Origin: a virus
Direction: 5' to 3' (one strand)
IMG/VR virus record: IMGVR_UViG_3300046816_000078
Length of the DNA stretch: 64,000 bases
The translations under genes were made by a program, and so were the position numbers. The notes below the pieces were generated by a model. That model was not told the DNA's origin and did no database searches. It worked only from the letters and a program-made list of their open reading frames with translations. This document shows positions 51,238 to 57,701 of this stretch, in pieces. Each line of letters starts with the position of its first letter. The stretch's first letter is position 1.

Positions 51238-51311
51238 TGGAGCATAACGGATTTGAACCGATGACATTCTGATTGCAAATCAGACGCTCTACCAAGCTGA
51301 GCTAATGCCCC
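51238..51311 (-). tRNA. tRNA-Ala (TGC)
   Basis: Acceptor GGGGCAT/ATGCTCC with the G3-U70 identity pair. Anticodon stem TCTGA/TCAGA with loop TTTGCAA. Confidence 0.85.
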
Positions 51312-51409
51312 ATTGAAAGAACTATTTCACTATCATTCTAGTCCGTTGGCACGGTGGATAGTTTCGTTTGGCTGCCAAACCTCTACGCGATTAATCCATA
51401 GTTCTCAAG

Positions 51410-51491
51410 TGCCGGATACTGGATTTGCACCAATGAAACCAGAGGTAACGGTTTTACAAACCGCGAGCTTTGTCTACTTGCATAATCCGGC
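51410..51491 (-). tRNA. tRNA-Tyr (GTA), class II with long variable arm
   Basis: Acceptor GCCGGAT/ATCCGGC, anticodon loop TTGTAAA, variable arm TACCTCTGGTTTC, T-loop TGCAAAT. Confidence 0.8.
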
Positions 51492-51552
51492 GTGTCGTAC
51501 AACGATCGTAACAGTCGCCACTGTCATTTTCTCGAAGTATCTTCACCTACTA

Positions 51553-51647
51553 GGACGGGCAAGCACATCGAAAAAAGTGCAAAACACCAGGTCACAAGCT
51601 GTCTACCTGCGACGTTGCACCTTACCGCCGCGTCGTGCCCGTCCTAA
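51553..51647. other. About 95-nt nested inverted repeat at the divergence point of the minus and plus blocks
   Basis: AGGACGGGCA...TGCCCGTCCT encloses GTGCAA...TTGCAC and CAGGT...ACCTG. Its arms are related to sequence at 7036-7090. Confidence 0.6.
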
Positions 51648-51683
51648 ATAGTAACGATCGCTTCACCTCCCCAAAACTAGGGC

Positions 51684-51726
51684 TTGACATCTGCCCCAAA
51701 CTCGACTAAGCTGATCTTAGATCAGC
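51684..51726 (+). promoter_or_regulatory. Sigma70-like promoter plus overlapping 8-1-8 palindrome (operator candidate)
   Basis: TTGACA (51684-51689), 17-nt spacer, TAAGCT (51707-51712). GCTGATCT-T-AGATCAGC at 51710-51726. Confidence 0.55.
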
Positions 51727-51750
51727 AAACAACCTAGTCAGGGAGTCAAG

Positions 51751-52074
51751 ATGAGGGCAGGCGGCGAAATCCGGGGGAGCGCAGCGGACCGACGTGCGCG
51801 GCGTATCAAGCTCATCTGCACCTATGGCGACGGCGTAAAGGTTGCCTGCGTACACTGCGCCAAGCTGGTTACGGACACTGGCATGGAGGTTGACAAGATC
51901 ATTCCCGGTAGCCAGGGCGGGCGTTACGTCTGGGCAAACATCCTTCCTAGCTGCTGCGACTGCAACCGTAAGCGCAGCGACAAGACGACAGTTGCGGAAA
52001 TTCGCAAACTGCAAGGAATGCTGATTCTTTCCTCCGCTCGCGAGCGTGCGCAGTTCGCGGAGCTGGCACTATGA
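51751..52074 (+). CDS. HNH endonuclease
   Basis: CVHC...VDKIIPGSQGGRYVWANILPSCCDCNRKR motif with GGGAG SD. Confidence 0.75.
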   Translation: MRAGGEIRGSAADRRARRIKLICTYGDGVKVACVHCAKLVTDTGMEVDKIIPGSQGGRYVWANILPSCCDCNRKRSDKTTVAEIRKLQGMLILSSARERAQFAELAL

Positions 52075-52265
52075 GGCGGCTAGTGGTCACCGCACCTAAG
52101 CGGGCAATGCACATTTACATAATGACATCGGACGGGCGCATTATGGTCCGTAAGGCGAACACAGGATTTAAGCAGCGCGGAATCGTTGCCAATCCAGCGA
52201 TGCGAAACACGCAGACGCTAGTAGACATCGCATGGCGCGATGGTATGCGAAAGGTCGTGAAGTAA
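52071..52265 (+). CDS. Hypothetical protein
   Basis: 64-aa ORF with an ATGA overlap. Shares the M-x-SDGR-x-x-x-R core with the next gene. Confidence 0.55.
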   Translation: MRRLVVTAPKRAMHIYIMTSDGRIMVRKANTGFKQRGIVANPAMRNTQTLVDIAWRDGMRKVVK

Positions 52266-52495
52266 TGGCGAAGATCTCAGCCAACGGTGCGCATGAGATT
52301 GCGCGTATCCGCGTAGCTAGCCCTGCTGGGTATCCTTACCTCTGGGTGATGTGCAGCGATGGCCGTGTTCTTACCCGCGCTACCGGCGAGCTAGGCGACG
52401 GCTACACGGTCGCGTATCGCGGTCTGCGGCGCAATCTGCGTACCCGTGAGGCACTGCTAAGGATCGCTCAGATTCGCGGCTACCGCGTGCTCTGA
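52265..52495 (+). CDS. Hypothetical protein (paralog of previous)
   Basis: Start at MAKISANG via a TAATG overlap. Contains WVMCSDGRVLTRA. Confidence 0.55.
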   Translation: MAKISANGAHEIARIRVASPAGYPYLWVMCSDGRVLTRATGELGDGYTVAYRGLRRNLRTREALLRIAQIRGYRVL

Positions 52496-52701
52496 GCGCT
52501 CTAGGCAGGCAGGACAGCCCGGATAGTGCCGTAGGCACACGTGCGGCTCTGCCGCTTGACACTAGGTCGCCGGGCTGGTATTGTTGTACTTGAGACACCG
52601 GCCACGGGACCGTGAAGGGCCGAAGCAACCCTAAAAATAGGGAGGTGTCCGGGCCTGCCGAAGCACCGAAGCACCCAAAGATTTTTCAAACTTTCTTAAA
52701 C

Positions 52702-52756
52702 CCGCAGGTCAGAGGCACCACCGAAATTTGACAAGCGGGCCGAACTGCCGTAATGT
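52702..52756 (+). promoter_or_regulatory. Promoter P1 with upstream CCGCAGGTCA site
   Basis: CCGCAGGTCA (52702-52711), 16-nt gap, TTGACA (52728-52733), 17-nt spacer, TAATGT (52751-52756), then AGTGAATGTAAGGCA. Confidence 0.7.
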
Positions 52757-52971
52757 AGTGAATGTAAGGCACCGGGGAGCAAGCGGGAACCGGGAGCGCA
52801 CGGATCTTGAAAACTCAAAAGTGGCTGGTGTACCGGCAAGGGGTTGCGGTAGCGATGGTTCTCAGATTCGCGATGAAAGCTCCGAGGGTTGATAAATCCA
52901 GCAAATGATTTTAGCTGAATTCGCGCTAACGCTAGATGCAAGCGCTCCAAAGGCTAAATGAAAGGCTCACA

Positions 52972-53256
52972 ATGTTCGATGCAATGACCGTTCGCGACCA
53001 AATCGGAATGATGAACGTGCTCGCAATATCGGGCGGTCGGTGGTTTTACGACAATTCGGAATGCACGGTAATTCTCCCCGTGCGCTACGGCTATAAGGTC
53101 GTCGTCAAGTACAATGAGGGCAGCGACGATTACACCGTTACCCGTCTGCACGTTCGCGGAACCAAGGTCACCGATAAGGGAACCAAAACCGGCATCTATT
53201 GCGACAATCTGGGCGAGGTTGCCTATCGCGCTAGCTGCTATCGTGACGAATTCTGA
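52972..53256 (+). CDS. Hypothetical protein
   Basis: Start at MFDAMTVRDQ (GAAAGG SD). 94 aa. Confidence 0.6.
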   Translation: MFDAMTVRDQIGMMNVLAISGGRWFYDNSECTVILPVRYGYKVVVKYNEGSDDYTVTRLHVRGTKVTDKGTKTGIYCDNLGEVAYRASCYRDEF

Positions 53257-53265
53257 GAGGGAACA

Positions 53266-53487
53266 ATGGTTATAGGTGTCGCGCTTGTAGAGCGCAACGA
53301 TAGCGGCGGCGTCAAATTCAGCCTCACCGATGATGATAGCCGTATTCGCGCTTACGTCGAAAAGGCTATGGGCATTTACGCGGTGCGCGATTCGCACGAT
53401 GAGCCGGTGCATGTCGGTTCCGCTCTTTACCGCAGCGCACTAGCGGCCACTCGCCGTTATGAGGAATGGGCAAAGGCGCATGGTTAA
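53266..53487 (+). CDS. Hypothetical protein
   Basis: 73-aa ORF with GAGGGA SD. Confidence 0.6.
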   Translation: MVIGVALVERNDSGGVKFSLTDDDSRIRAYVEKAMGIYAVRDSHDEPVHVGSALYRSALAATRRYEEWAKAHG

Positions 53488-53731
53488 AAGGACCGCGTTG
53501 CCATTCGAGGAACAGCGCTCATATAACGGGGCGCTTTTCCTCATTCAGATAAACGTCGAGCAACTAGAAAGGCTCTTTATTGAGGTAATCGGATTTGATG
53601 AAAGGCGTGCTAGGCTAATCCCTTTCATCGTTAACCAGTATGGCCTTTCCGCGCAGCCTGCTAAAGGTGGCCGCGTGGTTGTGCTAATGAATCCCGATCA
53701 TGGATATGACGTAGCACTAGACGTTTTTTAG
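53480..53731 (+). CDS. Hypothetical protein
   Basis: Start at MVKRTALPF, overlapping the upstream stop (ATGGTTAA). Confidence 0.5.
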   Translation: MVKRTALPFEEQRSYNGALFLIQINVEQLERLFIEVIGFDERRARLIPFIVNQYGLSAQPAKGGRVVVLMNPDHGYDVALDVF

Positions 53732-53739
53732 GAGACGCA

Positions 53740-53895
53740 ATGAATAGCCCGGCGACCCGCGACTTTCTGTGCAACCTGGAAAAGGATGAAATCGCACAGG
53801 AATTCTGGGTAATGAATTACCGCCACGCGCTGACCTTGGCCGTGCCATTCGTGGCCGCGCTGCTTATGGTCATTGCCGCCATCGTCGTTAGCTAA
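53740..53895 (+). CDS. Small C-terminally anchored membrane protein (51 aa)
   Basis: MNSPATRDFLCNLEKDEIAQEFWVMNYRHALTLAVPFVAALLMVIAAIVVS with AGGAG SD. Confidence 0.5.
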   Translation: MNSPATRDFLCNLEKDEIAQEFWVMNYRHALTLAVPFVAALLMVIAAIVVS

Positions 53896-53911
53896 GAAAG
53901 GACAAACGCAA

Positions 53912-54130
53912 ATGACCACCTACGTTTATCACGCTTATCTCGGTATTAAGTGGGAGTCCGGTTATGACTTCGGGCTATTCCATAAGAAGGCGGACGCTAA
54001 GAAGGCGTGCCAAGACGAGCAGGGCGATACGGTAATTGTCTGGAACAATTCAGACCGGCACCGTTCATTCGCTCCGTCGTCACTATTCAGCGACGGTACG
54101 TGGACCGTTACGCGCCGTCCTGTTCACTGA
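53912..54130 (+). CDS. Hypothetical protein
   Basis: Start at MTTYVYHAY (AAGAAAGGA SD). 72 aa. Confidence 0.6.
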   Translation: MTTYVYHAYLGIKWESGYDFGLFHKKADAKKACQDEQGDTVIVWNNSDRHRSFAPSSLFSDGTWTVTRRPVH

Positions 54131-54316
54131 CGAATAACCATTCACGTTAAAGATACCGTATTCCGATTGGGGTCCTGGCGGAAAGCAATGCAAGTTGCTG
54201 ACCATATCAGTGCAGACTTTGGCCAGGAAATAAGGATGATCACCGGGAGGGCGAGCGCAATACTTGGCCTTTGTGCCAAGCAAACGGCGATCGGATAATG
54301 CGGGAGTGAATAACAA

Positions 54317-54389
54317 GCGCCGTTAGCTCAGAGGATAGAGCAACGGTTTCCTAAACCGTGTGTCATAGGTTCAAGTCCTATACGGCGCG
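54317..54389 (+). tRNA. tRNA-Arg (CCT)
   Basis: Acceptor GCGCCGT/ACGGCGC, D-arm TAGCTCAGAGGATAGAGC, anticodon stem ACGGT/ACCGT with loop TTCCTAA. Confidence 0.85.
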
Positions 54390-54407
54390 CTCTGAAATTC
54401 AAGCACA

Positions 54408-54500
54408 ATGAAAGGGCATCACATGCTCATCGTCTTTATTCTTATGATCGTGGTTATCGTCGCGGCGTGTGGCGTCGCCATTCTGGAATGCGGGAGGTAA
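54408..54500 (+). CDS. Small membrane protein (30 aa)
   Basis: MKGHHMLIVFILMIVVIVAACGVAILECGR. Its 3' end supplies the GGGAGG SD of the next gene. Confidence 0.35.
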   Translation: MKGHHMLIVFILMIVVIVAACGVAILECGR

Positions 54501-54503
54501 ACA

Positions 54504-54899
54504 ATGATCAGTTGCGCGGTTAAGCAAATCGCTTACAAGAGGGCACAGGGACCGTGGGGTGGCGCGACAATTAGCGCCGATGGTTTCATGGTGCCCGATG
54601 GTGCCGACGCTTACGCGGTCGCAATTAGCGGCACGCTTTCCATTCACGAGAATGCCAGCTTTGCGACATTCGTCGCGGCATTCGATATGATAATGGCTGA
54701 CATGGGCGAGGCGGATTATGTCGGTGTCTTCCATGACGATGTTAAGCTGACCATTGATTTCAACGTGGTTGCCGTGGTCGATTCGACCGATGAGGTTGAC
54801 GCGCTGTACGCCGCTGGCAATCCTGTCACGGGTGGCGCGTATTACTTCGCCACGGGTGACGGGTACTGGCCGCAGGGAACGCCGTCAGAGTACGCCTGA
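54504..54899 (+). CDS. Hypothetical protein
   Basis: 131-aa ORF with GGGAGG SD. Confidence 0.65.
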   Translation: MISCAVKQIAYKRAQGPWGGATISADGFMVPDGADAYAVAISGTLSIHENASFATFVAAFDMIMADMGEADYVGVFHDDVKLTIDFNVVAVVDSTDEVDALYAAGNPVTGGAYYFATGDGYWPQGTPSEYA

Positions 54900-55007
54900 G
54901 ATCGATTCTAAGCCTCTCAGACCGCTAGGGTAGGCGATCATACCGGGTCGCCTGCCAAACGCCGTCAGCGTGGCTGTGAGGGCCGCGCAGACAGACAGGA
55001 TCGCATC

Positions 55008-55202
55008 ATGCAGACACAGACTCTCACCCGCGCAGAGCGTGACGAGCTTACCAAGGTTCACCGCGCTATCGCCCGGATTCACAAGAGGGTTAACAAGATC
55101 ACGACCGCGCAGCACGCACGGAATGAGCTGTCAACCGCACTAGACGCGCAGCTCGCAATCTCTGACGCGCTGGTTGCCGTCAGCAAGGCAATGGAGGTTT
55201 AA
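55008..55202 (+). CDS. Hypothetical protein
   Basis: 64-aa helical ORF. Confidence 0.5.
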   Translation: MQTQTLTRAERDELTKVHRAIARIHKRVNKITTAQHARNELSTALDAQLAISDALVAVSKAMEV

Positions 55203-55207
55203 TCACA

Positions 55208-55558
55208 ATGGTCAGCTACGCGCAGGCTCGCGCAATGGACCCGAATTACAACGCGGATGAAAGCTCCTATGCATGGCGCATTACCCGCGATCACCTCGAA
55301 TCCGAGACTGTTAGCATTCACGGTCCGCACAATGCGACCGATGCGCAGCTCGCAATTCTCGCGCACCCAATCAAGAATGCGGATCAGCTTACGCGATTCC
55401 GCATTTACGATGATGATGACGAGCTGTATTTCTCGGGCGTATTCCTGGGCGATTCCGAAAGTGAGGAAGCGTTCGGCCCGTTGGATGATTTCGGTGCCCC
55501 GGACTCTGGCGCTACTCGGATCGATTACCTGCGAGGCGAGGTGTGGGAGACGCTGTAA
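55208..55558 (+). CDS. Hypothetical acidic protein
   Basis: 116-aa ORF with GGAGG SD. Confidence 0.65.
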   Translation: MVSYAQARAMDPNYNADESSYAWRITRDHLESETVSIHGPHNATDAQLAILAHPIKNADQLTRFRIYDDDDELYFSGVFLGDSESEEAFGPLDDFGAPDSGATRIDYLRGEVWETL

Positions 55559-55600
55559 CAGGCTGGCGAGGCCAGAGTTTTTCTCAAAGTTTTTCGTTTG

Positions 55601-55654
55601 CCCTGGTCAGGGGCTTGCTCACGATTTGACAAGCTCCCGGCCAGCCTGTAATGT
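55601..55654 (+). promoter_or_regulatory. Promoter P2 with degenerate upstream site
   Basis: CCCTGGTCA ends at 55609, 16-nt gap, TTGACA (55626-55631), 17-nt spacer, TAATGT (55649-55654), then AGTGGATGTAGGGCA. Confidence 0.7.
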
Positions 55655-55798
55655 AGTGGATGTAGGGCAGAACGGGCAGGTCGGGACTGAGAACCGAAGG
55701 ATTCCTAAGTCGGAATCGCGTGGTCAGAAGTCCACCTTTGATGGTTCTGCGAATTACCTACCAAGATCGGCCAGCCTCGCATGAAAGGCTGGCAACGC

Positions 55799-55872
55799 AG
55801 GCGATTAGCTCAGTTCGGTAGAGCGCTGCTCCTACAAAGCAGATGCCATCGGTTCAAATCCGATATCGCCTA
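55799..55872 (+). tRNA. tRNA-Val (TAC), apparent C33
   Basis: Acceptor AGGCGAT/ATCGCCT, D-arm TAGCTCAGTTCGGTAGAGC, anticodon stem CTGCT/AGCAG with loop CCTACAA. Confidence 0.7.
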
Positions 55873-55912
55873 CTCAAACAAGACAACGGCATAGACCGAA
55901 AGGCAAAGCAAA

Positions 55913-57064
55913 ATGAGCACTCGCGAAATCGATCTCACTCCTGCTGAATTCGCACTCACCTCCAACAAGATCGCCAAGCTTAACGCCCGCGCCGCTAAGC
56001 GTGGCTGGACTGGAATCCTTACCGTTAGCGGCGAGGCTTTCACCGAAGTTACCGACAATGGCGTTGGCCTCAAGCGTGAGCGTCAGATGGTACACGTTAC
56101 CATTTCCGGCAATCCCCCGAAGTACGACGGCTGGACTTTCCTCGCTCGCGCCGATTGGGCCGATGGCGGAATGGTCCTGTTCACCGCGCCCGGTGTCGAT
56201 GGCATCGATCGCTCGGGAATTACCGAAGGTTCGTGCGATCACTGCGGAATCAACCGCTATCGCAAGAGCACTTACATTGTCCGCAGTGACAATGGTGAGC
56301 AGGTCCAAGTCGGATCTACTTGCCTAAAGGATTTCCTCGGGTGGAACACTAACCCGGTGTGGGTCATGCCGCCGTCCGACAATGACCTGTTTGGCGAGGG
56401 TGGCTTTGGCCATTCGGCCCCGGTCTATTCCGTCGATACCATTCTGGCCGCTGCCTGGGCTTGCATTGAGCAGTTCGGTTATGTTCGCTCCGGTGATGAG
56501 GGCGCGACTAAGGGAACGGTGCTTGCCGTACTCGATCCGCGTACCCCTGCTGAGCGTGAGCTTGCCCAGAAGATTCTGCCGCACGTTGCGGAGTCTGCCA
56601 GTGCGGCCACCATGATTCGCGAATTCATTCTGTCGGATGAATTCTCGGGCTATGGCGAGTACGTCACGAACCTTAAGAACATCGCTCGCAGCGAATTCGT
56701 TGAGCCGCGCTTTGTCGGCTTCCTCGTTTCCGCTCCGCAGGCATGGGCCAAGTCTCGCGAGCGTTCGCTTATCAAGCAGCGCGAGAATAACGAGCTTACC
56801 AATGAATTCCTTGGCGAGATCAAGGATAAGTTGGAGCTTCCCGTGACGCTCAAGTCCATTCGCTTTATCGAAGGACAGTTCGGCGTTACCTCGCTCTATT
56901 CCTTCGTGACCGATGATGGCCACCTGGTTAAGTGGTTCTCAAGTCGCGCCGTGTTCCGCGATGGTGACGTTGACCGCAGCTTCACTCTCAAGGGTACCGT
57001 GCGTAAGCATGACGAGTACAACGGGACCAAGAGTACCGTTCTTACCCGTTGCTCGGAAGTCTGA
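55913..57064 (+). CDS. Hypothetical protein with central Cys cluster
   Basis: 383-aa ORF with GAAAGG SD. CDHCG...STC suggests a zinc site. The two antisense track ORFs were rejected. Confidence 0.7.
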   Translation: MSTREIDLTPAEFALTSNKIAKLNARAAKRGWTGILTVSGEAFTEVTDNGVGLKRERQMVHVTISGNPPKYDGWTFLARADWADGGMVLFTAPGVDGIDRSGITEGSCDHCGINRYRKSTYIVRSDNGEQVQVGSTCLKDFLGWNTNPVWVMPPSDNDLFGEGGFGHSAPVYSVDTILAAAWACIEQFGYVRSGDEGATKGTVLAVLDPRTPAERELAQKILPHVAESASAATMIREFILSDEFSGYGEYVTNLKNIARSEFVEPRFVGFLVSAPQAWAKSRERSLIKQRENNELTNEFLGEIKDKLELPVTLKSIRFIEGQFGVTSLYSFVTDDGHLVKWFSSRAVFRDGDVDRSFTLKGTVRKHDEYNGTKSTVLTRCSEV

Positions 57065-57116
57065 CACGTCTTGCGTCCGTAGGACGCTGAGAGCAACGCT
57101 AAGCCGTCCGAACGGG

Positions 57117-57143
57117 CCGACCCTAGCAACCATGTAGGGTCGG
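57117..57143 (+). terminator. Stem-loop without U-tract (possible I-shaped terminator)
   Basis: CCGACCCTA-gcaaccatg-TAGGGTCGG, 53 nt after the 57064 stop. A second hairpin GCGTCC-gta-GGACGC lies at 57073-57087. Confidence 0.35.
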
Positions 57144-57229
57144 CCCTGATATCCGCTCAGAATCTATCTGAGAGCTGTCTAGCGCCATAGGTGCGCGACG
57201 CAGCCACGTAAACCAGAGGGAGACAGATC

Positions 57230-57415
57230 ATGCAGCCCACCGTTCCTAGCCCTGCCACCGTCCGCGCCAGCCTCACCATGGCCCGTATCAAGCGGGACAA
57301 TGATCGCCGTAGCGCTCTGCGCCGTGCTGGCGTCTCGGGTGCGCTCACCCGCGCAGAGCTGGCCGCGCTGCCCATCCTTCGGGACAATGCGCCCCACGCT
57401 AGGCGCGTGCGGTAA
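57230..57415 (+). CDS. Hypothetical basic protein
   Basis: 61-aa ORF with GGGAG SD. Confidence 0.5.
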   Translation: MQPTVPSPATVRASLTMARIKRDNDRRSALRRAGVSGALTRAELAALPILRDNAPHARRVR

Positions 57416-57627
57416 TGCCCACGTTCACAGCGGGTGATACCGTCGAGTTTGAACACGTCAAGTGGGCGGCTGACGGTAACGGCGAGCTTACGATCTTCGT
57501 TTCATGGATCGTTGAGCCTGCCACGATCACGCGGGTATGGACCCGTGGCCCTAACGTCACTCTCCGTACTCTCAGCGGGAAGATCTTCGTTCGGAGGGTA
57601 GATTCCAAGTCGATCCGATGGAAGTAA
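57415..57627 (+). CDS. Hypothetical protein
   Basis: 70-aa ORF with a TAATG overlap. Confidence 0.55.
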   Translation: MPTFTAGDTVEFEHVKWAADGNGELTIFVSWIVEPATITRVWTRGPNVTLRTLSGKIFVRRVDSKSIRWK

Positions 57628-57646
57628 TTTTCAAGATTTTTCATCG

Positions 57647-57701
57647 TCGCAGGTCAGCGGCCTGGCCAGGATTTGACAACCGGGTCGCCGCCCTGTAATG
57701 T
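57647..57701 (+). promoter_or_regulatory. Promoter P3 with upstream CGCAGGTCA site
   Basis: TCGCAGGTCA (57647-57656), 16-nt gap, TTGACA (57673-57678), 17-nt spacer, TAATGT (57696-57701), then TAGTGATGTAAGGCA. Confidence 0.7.

Noticed and set aside
50969-51295. 108-aa form of the ORF next to tRNA-Ala.
   Set aside because: Its first ~19 codons overlap the tRNA-Ala gene (51238-51311) on the same strand, so a shorter form is proposed.
52696-52950. Minus-strand ORFs in promoter and leader regions (52696-52950, 57631-57975, 52501-52689).
   Set aside because: They are antisense to conserved promoter and leader elements, lack an SD, and their amino-acid composition looks random.
55874-56923. Minus-strand ORFs 55874-56308 and 56324-56923.
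   Set aside because: They are fully antisense to the SD-led 383-aa plus-strand gene in a uniformly plus-strand block, a typical shadow-ORF effect of GC-rich codons.
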